Source: Octopus bimaculoides
Lineage: Eukaryota
Assembly: GCF_001194135.2 (NCBI RefSeq)
Contig: NC_068994.1
Span: 58,915,421-58,979,420, forward strand
DNA: 64,000 nucleotides
Direction of reading: 5' to 3'
Shown: one piece after another, positions 11,901-24,799 of the stretch
Layout of the letters: the number at the start of each line of letters is the position of its first letter
Numbering within the stretch: the stretch's first letter is position 1
Position numbers and translations under genes: made by a program
The notes under the pieces: generated by a model
What the model was told of the DNA's origin: nothing
Seen by the model: the letters and a program-made list of their open reading frames with translations, nothing else
Databases searched by the model: none

Positions 11901-12830
11901 GTTGATGAATGATTGTGGTGGTGGTGGTGGCTGTTGTTGATATTCATTGTTGACAACAATTTCATTGTGCAGAACTTCACTACTACTACTACCACCACTG
12001 CTGCTGCTACTACCGTTACTATAATAATACAAGATAATACTAGCAGAATAAATCTATCAGAGACCTCTATAGAAAGTTATCGATACAACTGTGTAATCAG
12101 CCGATTAGTTGACAGCAACGCTCAGTCGTAGATGGAGAATAATTCCTTAAAATAACCAACCCTAGACAACACCCAACAGCAGGGCAACTCGCTAGTTTAG
12201 TACATGGAAACCTATTGAAATGGTTCATAAATATAAAATGTTTTCCGACATACATCGATGCTTAATGTTCCTCTTGTAAGGTTCTTTAGTCATCTCCCAC
12301 CTTTAAAACCAGCGACTGATCTTTTTAGCTTGTTGTTTAGACCAGATCAAATGGAGGAAAAAGCCAATCATCAAAAGCGTTCCAACCATGATCATCCTAT
12401 CTCTTTGCATATCCAGAACAACACTATTTAATACCTTATTTTTTAAAGGCGGTAATATGTGATTTCGAGGAATTCTGCTTTTATTTCAACTCAATCGACT
12501 GTTCTTTACATCTTCGTCCTGTTTAGGTTATAGTTTGTTTATCAGGAAGAATAAAATACAGAATCCGAAGGAAATAATGAGAGTCTGTGTTGTTAACAAT
12601 GGTAAATCTAGGAGAGTTTGTTGGTTGCTGGCAAAAGGATTGATGGTTAGTTGTCGCTTGACCAATATACTCCGGTGAAAGGTTACTGACCGACATGCGA
12701 GTTTTACTCCGTCCGACAGAAACTGTCATTTCAGGCTTTCGTTGAACAATAAGCTTCAAAGGTCCCAGCATCGTTGTGTCAGTGACGTCAATTGATTAAC
12801 TATTCTCAGTTACCCCCCCCCCCCAAGATA

Positions 12831-13010
12831 AGGCGGCGACGAGCTGGCAGAATCGTTAGCGCACCGGGCGAAATGCTGAGCGTCATTTCGACGGATTTTA
12901 CGTTCTGAGTTCAAATTTCACCGACGTCGACTTTGTCTTTCACCCTTTCGGGGTCGATAAATTTAACACCCTGTCCCCCAAAATTGCTGGCCTTGTGACA
13001 AAATTTGGAA
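12831..13010 (+). mobile_element. Octopus-type SINE (AAGGCGGCGAGCTGGCAGAATCGTTAGC family)
   Basis: The same sequence recurs many times in the window in both orientations. Confidence 0.75.
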
Positions 13011-13149
13011 CCAAATTATAACCCTAATATTATTCTGTACTAACAAATGAAATGTCTTGATGTAACTTAAAATATCGCTGTCATACATTAGACTGGTTAA
13101 TTACGTGCAGCAGTTGTTATATTTTTGTGAAACAGATAATGTATATATT

Positions 13150-13560
13150 TATTTGGGTGTAGGGCATGGCTGAGTGCCAGATCTCAACGCATCAGAATTT
13201 GGGGATGCAGCCAGGAGCAGCCTCCGCACTGACGGACGCCGCAGATTAAGTAAAAAGTTATTGAAAATATTAGTGCGGGCATCAAATATCTTCCTGGCTT
13301 ATTCCATGAGTACACAGAGTGGACACCCGGAATCCCACGGGTGTGCAGTTGCCCCTTCGTATCCACTATACAGAATCTTGCGCGTGTATTTTCTAGAGTA
13401 GAAAAGGATGCGGGGCATCAAACCAACGGAGAGGCTAATGTGTAGAATACGTTGTTGCTTAGAAGGAAAAAAAACATCCAACGGGAGATGAATCGCAAAA
13501 GGAAATATGTACCCGGAATAATTGAGATGAAAATGGAAACAAAAATGTACCCTTTCCCCC
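13150..13560 (+). mobile_element. Degraded L1/Tx1-like LINE 3' fragment
   Basis: Broken reading frames weakly resemble a Tx1 ORF2 C-terminus and end at an A-rich tail. Confidence 0.3.
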
Positions 13561-14725
13561 TCCCCCTCAAAAAAAAAGCAGAATTAAACAGAAATCTTAA
13601 AATTGAAAATAAACAGGTCTGTAAAATCACAAAAGATTAATTCAACAGTTGTGAATAATACGGAGACGTGGGAAATGAATTGAATAATTCTAACAAAATA
13701 AAATGCCTTGAGAAGATAAGCGAAGACTGTGAGCGAAATTACATCGATGACAAAAGACAATAGAAGAAGATCTGCCGAGGAGATAAAATGTAACGACATT
13801 TTGGAGGAGATACGAGAAATACAGACACGCCGTTAAACAAATGTCTTAACCAAGTGAGCAAAACATTAAATGTTGCGAGTTAGGGAAGACGTCACAGCGG
13901 GAAATATAAAGGAACCAGAGTTGACAAAATCGCAAGTTTCTGGTTGAAATACATCAAAATATAACCAATGTAACTCGAATGGCTGATGAAAATAATAGTC
14001 CTACCAAAAAATATTGAGGTGGGTGGCGCTAAAAACCATTGAATAGCCATATATATATACCTTTCTAATTTCTACTAAGTCCCATCACCAACACTTGAGT
14101 AAGAAGATATATAAGCAGCTGGACAGAAATAATATTCTAACTAAAGGGTCAAAAGGTTACAGGAAGACTCATATGGCTATAAATACTGATAAACAGCATA
14201 CTATTAGAAGATTGCAGGTAGACACAGAAAAACTTACACACTACCTGGACAGAATATTTAAAATAAAGTGGGTATTTCAATTAATGAAAAAGGGAACATG
14301 ATCTGCCCCTCATTTCAGTATAGAGTTTGGGCCTGACAAATGCACTAATTAACTAAGTCGGTAAGCACCAACGCTGAAATCAACTGAAACAGGAAATGGG
14401 AACACTGTAATATTTATTATCATTATTGCTGTAGTTATAAGCATCATGCGATTTCAAATCAGACATTTCCCTCGAGAACATAAGTACCATAAAATTTTGA
14501 ACAAATAGGAAATACCAAAATATAACAACTGCAATTAGTTATCTATATATATGTATATATACAAGAATAAGGGCAGAGAATCGTCAATTAATAATAGAAT
14601 TAATAATTAACAATTCTGCCAAGTAGTTCAGTATGAAAAAAACCTTTATCGGTAAAACTATTTATCATTATAAATATACAGGGATTAGCAATTGAGTTGC
14701 TTCTCCAACATACTGAAAATTTAGA

Positions 14726-14913
14726 AATAGCAGTCAAAGAACTACTGATTCCAAACTACAAATTTTTCTCTAAAGTGGATGGCGATATTTATGGCACACT
14801 TGGTTTGTTTACGCTTTTCCCTCCGGTTTTTTCTTCTATGTGTGCCATAAATATCGCCATCCACTTTAGAGAAAAATTTGTAGTTTGGAATCAGTAGTTC
14901 TTTGACTGCTATT
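14726..14913. repeat. Perfect 74-bp inverted repeat with 40-nt spacer
   Basis: 14726-14799 is the exact reverse complement of 14840-14913; the right arm runs into an N gap. Confidence 0.9.
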
Positions 14914-15039
14914 NNNNNNNNNNNNNNNNNNNNNNNNNNNNNNNNNNNNNNNNNNNNNNNNNNNNNNNNNNNNNNNNNNNNNNNNNNNNNNNNNNNNNNN
15001 NNNNNNNNNNNNNNNNNNNNNNGTATATATATATATATG

Positions 15040-15072
<33 letters not shown>

Positions 15073-16190
15073 ATACATATAATTTTTTATTTACTTACAC
15101 ATAAAATAGATGACGGCGGATGTTCCTAGTAATTTAAAGTAACACTACTTCCACAACTCGTGGTGTGAAAATGCACGTTGAATATAGAATTCCTGTTTTT
15201 ATGTTAATGGAATAATTTGCGCTGTGAAGTTGAATGTATACCAACGGATAAATGTTATCAAACTAAAAAATATCAGTTGAACGTAAACATTATATTCCGG
15301 CCGAAACGCTGTCGAGGTTATGCCAAAACAGAAGTTAACTGCTATCAAGGGAAAACGAAATGTGAGTAAAAGTAACTCGTGTGGCGCAGGATTGTGTGTG
15401 GCCACAACAACAACTAGAAGCAAAATGAAACTTGTCTTTATCAAACAAAAGAGAACGAGAATAGATTTTATCGCAGTTTTATAGGACAATCACCTCCACA
15501 ATTTACCGGTTTTTGATTGGTCAAAACAACACGCATGACAAGGGTAGATTAAAATATCAGCAGTCGAAATGGTATCATTGCAAAACGAAATTATTCGAAG
15601 ATTTCTTACTCTAATACTCACAAACTTACTCAAACGCCTCACGTCAAGTTCTTAAAGAATAACTCACAACTGTGTCTACCCGAATGACAACTTATTGAAT
15701 TACAAAGACAATCTCAAACATCTTAAATAATGTGCAAGTGTAGAAACTAATAGCCGTCTGTGTGTCGTAAAGCTTTGTTTTATGACGTCATCTGAAGCAT
15801 CGTCAAATTTAGACTTTATCTTTCGTTATGGCAGAGTAGATGAGGCAATGTACCAGTAATTATCTAAGGTCGATTGCATCAGCTGTCCTTTCGCCGTAAA
15901 ATGCGTGTCTTTGCACCAATCTTACAATCATTGTTATAAGATCTATCTCCACAATACTTGATATTTCGGGAAAGGAATGAGCACCACCACGTTGTATTTC
16001 AGCTTAAACTCAGAAAAGAAAAAAAAAGATGGAGAAAGTTAGGGTTTATTTCTGTCTGGTGTCAAACAGAAATCAATAATGCGCGGTCAAATAAGAACGG
16101 AAAACGAAAATAACTGAAATAAGAATGTTTCATCCAAGATGGCAGCAAAGGGAGCCCCGAGCAGCGGTTATTAATTTTGTTTGTTATACA

Positions 16191-16243
16191 GGGTTTCATG
16201 GTTTGTTAGGGGCTTCATTTAATATAACATAGATAGGGTTTCA
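16191..16243 (-). promoter_or_regulatory. Cluster of three Glass-type GAARCC motifs (candidate enhancer)
   Basis: GGGTTTCA (16191), GGGGCTTCA (16209) and GGGTTTCA (16236), all in the same orientation, in unique sequence. Confidence 0.3.
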
Positions 16244-16322
16244 CTTGAAGAAAGGAGAAGATGGGACTGGATCTGTTGAAGAAAAGGGAGTTGGAAGGGG
16301 TAAGAGATTTTCTTGGTGGTGA

Positions 16323-16356
<34 letters not shown>

Positions 16357-17789
16357 GGTGGTGGATTACATGTGGTGGGATGGTTTGGCGATGGTGTTAG
16401 CGCTGGTGATGGCAGGGTTCGGGGATTGATGTTGGTCGGGTGCATATGCGGCTGAGGGGTAGCAATGATGTTGGGGAAATTGTTGGTGGTGGTGGTGTGG
16501 CGCTGNNNNNNNNNNNNNNNNNNNNNNNNNNNNNNNNNNNNNNNNNNNNNNNNNNNNNNNNNNNNNNNNNNNNNNNNNNNNNNNNNNNNNNNNNNNNNNN
16601 NNNNNNNNNNNNNNNNNNNNNNNNNNNNNNNNNNNNNNNNNNNNNNNNNNNNNNNNNNNNNNNNNNNNNNNNNNNNNNNNNNNNNNNNNNNNNNNNNNNN
16701 NNNNNNNNNNNNNNNNNNNNNNNNNNNNNNNNNNNNNNNNNNNNNNNNNNNNNNNNNNNNNNNNNNNNNNNNNNNNNNNNNNNNNNNNNNNNNNNNNNNN
16801 NNNNNNNNNNNNNNNNNNNNNNNNNNNNNNNNNNNNNNNNNNNNNNNNNNNNNNNNNNNNNNNNNNNNNNNNNNNNNNNNNNNNNNNNNNNNNNNNNNNN
16901 NNNNNNNNNNNNNNNNNNNNNNNNNNNNNNNNNNNNNNNNNNNNNNNNNNNNNNNNNNNNNNNNNNNNNNNNNNNNNNNNNNNNNNNNNNNNNNNNNNNN
17001 NNNNNNNNNNNNNNNNNNNNNNNNNNNNNNNNNNNNNNNNNNNNNNNNNNNNNNNNNNNNNNNNNNNNNNNNNNNNNNNNNNNNNNNNNNNNNNNNNNNN
17101 NNNNNNNNNNNNNNNNNNNNNNNNNNNNNNNNNNNNNNNNNNNNNNNNNNNNNNNNNNNNNNNNNNNNNNNNNNNNNNNNNNNNNNNNNNNNNNNNNNNN
17201 NNNNNNNNNNNNNNNNNNNNNNNNNNNNNNNNNNNNNNNNNNNNNNNNNNNNNNNNNNNNNNNNNNNNNNNNNNNNNCTCTCTCTCTCCCTCTCTCTCTC
17301 TGTATATATTTGAGTGTGTGTTATCATGACGGTTACCTTGACAGTGACTTTCACCACCACAACCAGTATAACCACTGCAATACCACCATCACACAATCAA
17401 CACCACTATTACCACCATCACCTCAGCATCACACATCACACCGCTCCTGTCGCCATTATAACCACCGATACTATTTTATCCTCCTCCCATACTTATCTCG
17501 ACCATCGTCATCGTCAACCCCGTCTCTGCTTTCACCCCAATCACCGTCAAAACCACGATCACCTCAATCAGTTTCCTTACACAGTTCAAAATCGATTATC
17601 CGATTCTCATGGGATCGAGATTGTTGCAGATTTTTGATTTTTCTAATTGCGGAGAGCTTTATTAAAAACAAAAATGCATCTACAAAACAGAACAGTTTGA
17701 GGATAGAAACCAGGTCTAAGCACAATAGCTTATAGACATACTCTGAATGTAGTTCTATATAAACCTTTAATAATTTTTTTTTTATACTT

Positions 17790-18345
17790 CAGACCATCAG
17801 AAATGTTAAGATATCAGCCTCTGCCCACGTTGTCATGCTTTGATTAAAAGGTTACAGCATAGATTAGTTTCGGCCGAAGTTGACTCAGGCCATGTCTAAT
17901 TTAATAGCACCACCTGGAAGAGATACAGAGTCAGCTCTGGGGAACAGTAGTCCATTCAAGCAGAGGGTTATCGTTTTCAGAGACATATCTGGGTGTGGGT
18001 GGTTTATCTGGTATTTGTGGGGGGTAATCATCTAGGGATCGTTTGAATGCCGTGAACTCACTTTCCTCCTTTATGTGTGTCTGGCACGATGCAGGGCCAA
18101 TTGAGGTGAAATAGTTCTGTCATAGTGTTGTGATACGACACGAACATTTCTGTAGTGGACGGATGGCACGGGGGCCAAGCCTCGGACGAATTTTAAAGAT
18201 GGGCAATGTTGATGGAATATTTTCCACGTCATACAGTTGATATAGAGCTCACAGCGGCGGTGGAGGGAGCAAAGCCTGATCTTTTCAAATCGATCCCAAT
18301 AGTCAAGGTTTGTCATGTCATCCTCCGCAGACCTCCGCCAAGCAG
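17790..18345 (-). mobile_element. CR1/L2-clade LINE 3' fragment
   Basis: LDYWDRFEKIRLCSLHRRCELY...WKI resembles the CR1 L.Y.ERL..L.L.SL.RRR motif. Confidence 0.7.
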
Positions 18346-19379
18346 CTCATTTTAAGATAGATACGCGAGTAAAATTACTAATAGAGAAACGAAAATAAAC
18401 TTTGGAAACAGCAACGCCACCGTAGGTTACATGGAAATGATGAACGTGTTTTCAAGGGAGATAATCAAAGAACGTAACATTGTAATCTATACTATAAATT
18501 GCAGTGTTCTTGATTGCTTGATTGATTGATTGAGTGTCGGCAGATTCACTCGAGAACGGTGCAGTGGAATCGCGTGAAATTCAGCACAGAGCGGCAGCAT
18601 GGTCCGCTCATGTTCAGGAGATTTTCATTGCCCTCCAACTCCCATGGTTACCGAGATNNNNNNNNNNNNNNNNNNNNNNNNNNNNNNNNNNNNNNNNNNN
18701 NNNNNNNNNNNNNNNNNNNNNNNNNNNNNNNNNNNNNNNNNNNNNNNNNNNNNNNNNNNNNNNNNNNNNNNNNNNNNNNNNNNNNNNNNNNNNNNNNNNN
18801 NNNNNNNNNNNNNNNNNNNNNNNNNNNNNNNNNNNNNNNNNNNNNNNNNNNNNNNNNNNNNNNNNNNNNNNNNNNNNNNNNNNNNNNNNNNNNNNNNNNN
18901 NNNNNNNNNNNNNNNNNNNNNNNNNNNNNNNNNNNNNNNNNNNNNNNNNNNNNNNNNNNNNNNNNNNNNNNNNNNNNNNNNNNNNNNNNNNNNNNNNNNN
19001 NNNNNNNNNNNNNNNNNNNNNNNNNNNNNNNNNNNNNNNNNNNNNNNNNNNNNNNNNNNNNNNNNNNNNNNNNNNNNNNNNNNNNNNNNNNNNNNNNNNN
19101 NNNNNNNNNNNNNNNNNNNNNNNNNNNNNNNNNNNNNNNNNNNNNNNNNNNNNNNNNNNNNNNNNNNNNNNNNNNNNNNNNNNNNNNNNNNNNNNNNNNN
19201 NNNNNNNNNNNNNNNNNNNNNNNNNNNNNNNNNNNNNNNNNNNNNNNNNNNNNNNNNNNNNNNNNNNNNNNNNNNNNNNNNNNNNNNNNNNNNNNNNNNN
19301 NNNNNNNNNNNNNNNNNNNNNNNNNNNNNNNNNNNNNNNNNAGTTCTTTTTATTATTCAGAATATACATAGGAAATAGC

Positions 19380-19660
19380 CTTTAACCAAATCCACCACAC
19401 TGCCCAAGTGAAACCGGGAAAAACAGCTAGTACTTCATGTAAAGTAAATATAACAATGAAAAATCCTTCGAGAATCCATAAAAATTCCCAGATCACTACC
19501 AAAATTTCATCATCTGTTCCTTGTGTCATTACCAACTGTTTCTGCAAGTTTCATCAAATACTGTTCACAACTTTTTGAGTTATTTTGCACACAGAGTGGG
19601 ACAGACGGACAAACCAACGCCGGTGAAAACATAACCTCCTTCCTTGGCGGAGGTAAAAAG
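19380..19660 (+). mobile_element. Non-autonomous element ending in GAAAACATAACCTCC...GGCGGAGGTAA hairpin (Helentron/DINE-like)
   Basis: Terminal hairpin motif preceded by a GACAGACGGACAAAC microsatellite seed. Confidence 0.4.
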
Positions 19661-20429
19661 AAATATAACAAAATTAATCTCATTTGAGCTATGGTGGCAG
19701 TTAAATAAAAATATAGATAGAGAGATAAGGCTATAGTAGAAGACACTTACCCAATGTGTCACACATTGGGACTGAACCTGAAACCTTGTGATTGTGAAGT
19801 AACTTCATACCACAGAGCCACGCCTGTGTCTATAGTAAAGAAAAAGCCCACAAATCACTACCAGCATTAAAGAGACACCATACATCCCCTACACTCATGA
19901 AAAAAGGATCCGCAGATATAGCGAGAAATAAAGCCATCAAACAAAGGCTGGATGATGTATTGTATAGACGTGTGGGGAATAGACTAATGTCTCAAGAAGA
20001 CTGTGTCTCAAGAAGAGTGTTGTTTATTGATGAATATTCCAGAGAAGAGTGTACTACAGAAGTTTGTGAAGCAGAAAAGTTGCAGAAGAATATGGTATAT
20101 AAAAATGTGTCAGAGGAAAGTATGGAGCAGAGAAGAGATGTGTGTGGAACAGGATTGTGACTGCAACGGGAGTGTGTGGTGTAGAGGAGTGCGACATTGA
20201 AGGTTGTGATGTGAAAGAGGGTGACCGACAAAATATGTGACAAATAAGGATGTGACACAGCATATTGTAAAGTAAAAGAAATTGACGTGATAGAGTGTGA
20301 CACAGATGTGTCACACATTGGTGTGTGGTATGGAAGAATTGATACAGCAGAGTGTGACGTGGAAGAATGTGTTTTGGAAGGGTGCAGCACAGAGGAGTTT
20401 AAAAGAGTGTAACGTAGAAGAGCTTGGCT

Positions 20430-20560
20430 CAGTTAAAGCCATTGATCAGATCGATTGGTCATTGATCAAGTAGGTAGGTCATTGATGAGATAGGCATGTC
20501 AGTGATCAGATAGATAGATTATTGATCAAATAGGTAGGTCATTGACGTTAGGTAGTGATG
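20430..20560. repeat. Degenerate about 18-19-bp minisatellite (GGTCATTGATCAGATAG-like)
   Basis: CATTGAT recurs about 6 times at regular spacing. Confidence 0.65.
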
Positions 20561-23039
20561 GAAATGAAGAGGGGTAGGTAGGGAATGGTGTTCCCTGCTT
20601 TTTCAGTTCACGAGCATGGCTGGCTTCAAGCATCGAGTCCTACCTCCCCAACCTCAGCCCCCTCAGACCTTAGTCTACCCTTCATTCCTTATATCCAATT
20701 CCACCACTCCAATATAGACCGGGGTTGTTGTCAATATTGGTTTGGTATTTCGTGCAGCAACACTGGTGTGAAGCAGCATAAGAATTTACTCTTCTTACAA
20801 TGGAATTACAGAGTGGCACATCTACTCGTAGACAATAATTGCTCCTCTGAACGTCTCTACCAGATTTGTAGCTTAAAGAGCCAAGCGACTCGTGAAATTC
20901 GAACATGATTAAAGTTTTGCTGTCTCTCTAGACGCATCAGGAAAACTAACAAACACATAAGAAGCCAGCCTCACTCATAGAACAGGGCCTCCTATTTGAA
21001 ACACAGGAAAATATCAACTCACAAACATACACGCACGCACACACAAACATACACGCTTGCGCACATACACCCTCCCGCTACATATACGTGTAAATATACA
21101 TACATATTTAAGTGTGTGTGTGTGTGTGTTCACAGTCTGTTTCGCTTAGGTGGGGAAAAGTTATCCATTTGTGCAAGTGTGTTGGTTTGACAATGGATGC
21201 TCGACTAAAATCCTATAAGACGTCGTCGTCATACAGTGTTGACACGAATACACGAACAACTTTGTAGGGATCCGTTGGAGAGCTTTCAGGAAACCGAAAA
21301 TAAAAAGAAGAAAATTAAATTAGTAAGTAACAAGAGTTGGCTGCCAAGGTTACTGATTGTAATTCTTTCCCAGTGGCAACAATATCCGACAGAATAGCAT
21401 AAAAATCCGAGAAAGGAAGCAGCAACAACAACAACAACGACAATGTTAATCTACAGAAACCATAACAAGTAGTTTTGTGGAGCGACTGGCTGAGATAAAA
21501 CTTAATCCAAGTGCTAATGTAAGTCTTCCTATGTTATTAACACAAGCCTTTTCTCCGGCATCTTTCTACGTTTCTCTAAATTTCATTTTGTTGAAATTTC
21601 TGTTTTTTTAATTTGCTAATTTCTTATTTTTTGTTTCTTTTTATTCAAACCATATAATGGTTTCGCCTCTGTACTGTTGATCTTCTTGCTGTGTTATTTT
21701 GTGTAAAACGTTATTTGGCCTTGATGTAGATTATTATTATTATTATCATTAGTATTATTATTAATGTTATTTTCTTTTTCAATTTCGTCTTAACTCCTAC
21801 TTTATGGTGTTCAAATTTATCGTTATTTGTTATTGTTTTTACTTCATGTTTGTATGTTTGTGTTTGTTAACGTGTATTTGTATAACGCATTTTTCTCATA
21901 TATGGTTTAATTCTAATTGTAATTTTTACCTTATATGGTATGACGCGATAATTTCTTTATTTATATTTACATGTATTTTGCTTTTTTCATTTTTGTTTAT
22001 TTAATTTTTGTATATTTCTTTGNNNNNNNNNNNNNNNNNNNNNNNNNNNNNNNNNNNNNNNNNNNNNNNNNNNNNNNNNNNNNNNNNNNNNNNNNNNNNN
22101 NNNNNNNNNNNNNNNNNNNNNNNNNNNNNNNNNNNNNNNNNNNNNNNNNNNNNNNNNNNNNNNNNNNNNNNNNNNNNNNNNNNNNNNNNNNNNNNNNNNN
22201 NNNNNNNNNNNNNNNNNNNNNNNNNNNNNNNNNNNNNNNNNNNNNNNNNNNNNNNNNNNNNNNNNNNNNNNNNNNNNNNNNNNNNNNNNNNNNNNNNNNN
22301 NNNNNNNNNNNNNNNNNNNNNNNNNNNNNNNNNNNNNNNNNNNNNNNNNNNNNNNNNNNNNNNNNNNNNNNNNNNNNNNNNNNNNNNNNNNNNNNNNNNN
22401 NNNNNNNNNNNNNNNNNNNNNNNNNNNNNNNNNNNNNNNNNNNNNNNNNNNNNNNNNNNNNNNNNNNNNNNNNNNNNNNNNNNNNNNNNNNNNNNNNNNN
22501 NNNNNNNNNNNNNNNNNNNNNNNNNNNNNNNNNNNNNNNNNNNNNNNNNNNNNNNNNNNNNNNNNNNNNNNNNNNNNNNNNNNNNNNNNNNNNNNNNNNN
22601 NNNNNNNNNNNNNNNNNNNNNNNNNNNNNNNNNNNNNNNNNNNNNNNNNNNNNNNNNNNNNNNNNNNNNNNNNNNNNNNNNNNNNNNNNNNNNNNNNNNN
22701 NNNNNNNNNNNNNNNNNNNNNNNNNNNNNNNNNNNNNNNNNNNNNNNNNNNNNNNNNNNNNNNNNNNNNNNNNNNNNNNNNNNNNNNNNNNNNNNNNNNN
22801 NNTCCTTCCTTTACTGGGGAAAGGAGCCATTTACGCGTGATTTCAATGTCACATTCGTTGAAAGCATGCGAAGTGCCACATATTGCTGTAGCAAAACGGT
22901 GGTGCTCCAGCATGGCCACAACTCCGAGCTAAAACTACAAAAAAAAAATGATTAACATATTGTGTACGTCAAAACGTCAAGGTTTTTTTTTTTTTTCTTA
23001 GAGGGTACGAAGACTCTGTGTGTGTGTATATATGTCACA

Positions 23040-23470
23040 GAAAGCGGACGTGTGTTTGTGTTGATTGACGCGCCATGACATTCATTATATGTGTGTTGAC
23101 GTCACGAGTAAACACAAAAACTATGTTTACTCATTTTCATTATTAAATAGAGGCCCCAAATGTCACAAAAAGTTGTACTGCACTGCTGAAGGTAAGTATG
23201 AAAAATAAATATGTAAAAAAAAAATTAAGATAAAATATATTATTTCTGAGATATTTCGGGTAGACACAAACATCCTTAGAATTTTAGTATTATTAAAATT
23301 GTTCTCTTATCCTAGCGTGATTCTGTAATGTTCCTTCCCCAATTATTCACATTTCAACTTATTTTTATGTATGAATGAAATTTAAATATCACCTGTTAAA
23401 TAAATAAAAGAATCATGGTAAATGCGTCGAATCTGCACGAAAAAAAAAACAACTTCCGGCACAAACGGAA
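23040..23470 (+). promoter_or_regulatory. Housekeeping-type promoter motifs with a strong 5' splice donor
   Basis: CRE palindrome TGACGTCA at 23097-23104, ETS-like ACTTCCGG at about 23453, CpG-rich, donor AAG|GTAAGT at 23192. Confidence 0.35.
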
Positions 23471-24569
23471 GGAGTAGTATAGAAACGGCATGCTATATTC
23501 ACCCAGTTTATAAAATAAGTCATTTTACTTAAGTTACGACTGGAATGAACTAAACTGAGGCCATTTCATGATAAATTCTATTGACTTAAAACTGCACACT
23601 TTAGAATTTTTGTTGGCATTCGGGAATTTCACGTATGTAATGAGCCCAGGAGAGGACCTGTAATTACTATGACCAATTAAACTGGCTGAGTACTTGTTTG
23701 TGAGTATATTTTATAAACAATGAAACCCACACTTTGTCAGTTTTGTAGACATTCAAGGACGTCCATCGTGTCATTTCTAAGTCTTCCGAATTTACTCAAT
23801 ATGTTTCTTTCGCAGTTACTGCTGTTATTTACAGTGCAAGAGTCTAAGACAGAAACAACTGATTTGTAATCAAGGATCGAAATCTCAGTCTGGATGCTCG
23901 TTTCCATTGTCGTTGAGTGGTACACGTAAAATATGCGTTTAACCTGTCGAATTCCCCACCATCTTTGGTTAAACAGAATTTAATCGGGTAAGCTCAGCCG
24001 TTTCTAATTTCAGTTCAGCTTTAACACGAGCATATATTCGCGATACCTGCAAAAAAATAAAATAAAAGAGAGCGAAAGGGAGATCATCGTTAATGTATAG
24101 AGAGTTAGTTTTACCCAAGTTTCTCCAATATTTGAAATTCTGGTTATAACAAAAGAAAAGGCTGAAACACAGCAATGAAAGAAATTGTATTGATAAGAAT
24201 TTAATCTACAAAAGCAGAAGAATTCACTGAAAAATGGACAGGGGCAAAATTGATATCTTTGTTTCACAAAAGGAATGGCTACTTTTTCGGTCCCCACAAA
24301 ACAAGAATTAAATGAAACACTGGTGGACATATCGGCTAGTATTATCCATATAAAAAAAGGTAAAAATCTACGGTACTGTCTATTTGACATTCAGAACCAA
24401 AGACGAGTTTATGCACGAAACAACCGTCCATAAGCTTGTGCCACTGTTCATAAAACAGCGTAACACAAAAGTCAGGTGTATGACGAGTGATATTAAGCCT
24501 TGTTTTTTTTTTTGTTTTTTTTTGTAGCTTCTCTAAAGAAGTACGAGCGGGTATTAAGCGCACGAGTAG

Positions 24570-24770
24570 TAAGGACTGATGTGTGAACGGTGGAGGCCCG
24601 TGGTTTAGTTATTAGGGTGTTGCATTCATGATCGTAAGATTGTAGTTTCGACTCCTGGACTGCGAGATGCATTGAGTTCATGAGCAAAACACTTCAGTTC
24701 ACGTTACCCCTATCCATTCAGCAGGCAAAAATGAATTAATCCTGCGACGGACTGGCGTCCCATCCACTAA
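24570..24770 (+). mobile_element. tRNA-derived SINE
   Basis: A/B-box head (GTTTCGACTCC) followed by a core-like body. Confidence 0.65.
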
Positions 24771-24799
24771 CGATAAAGAAGCGATATTGAACCAGTGCG

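Noticed and set aside
19950-20560. CRISPR-like or structured repeat array
   Set aside because: Degenerate GTGTGAC and CATTGAT mini/microsatellites without constant repeats and unique spacers; eukaryotic context.
16215-22955. Long ORFs of 250-430 aa
   Set aside because: They are runs of X produced by N gaps.
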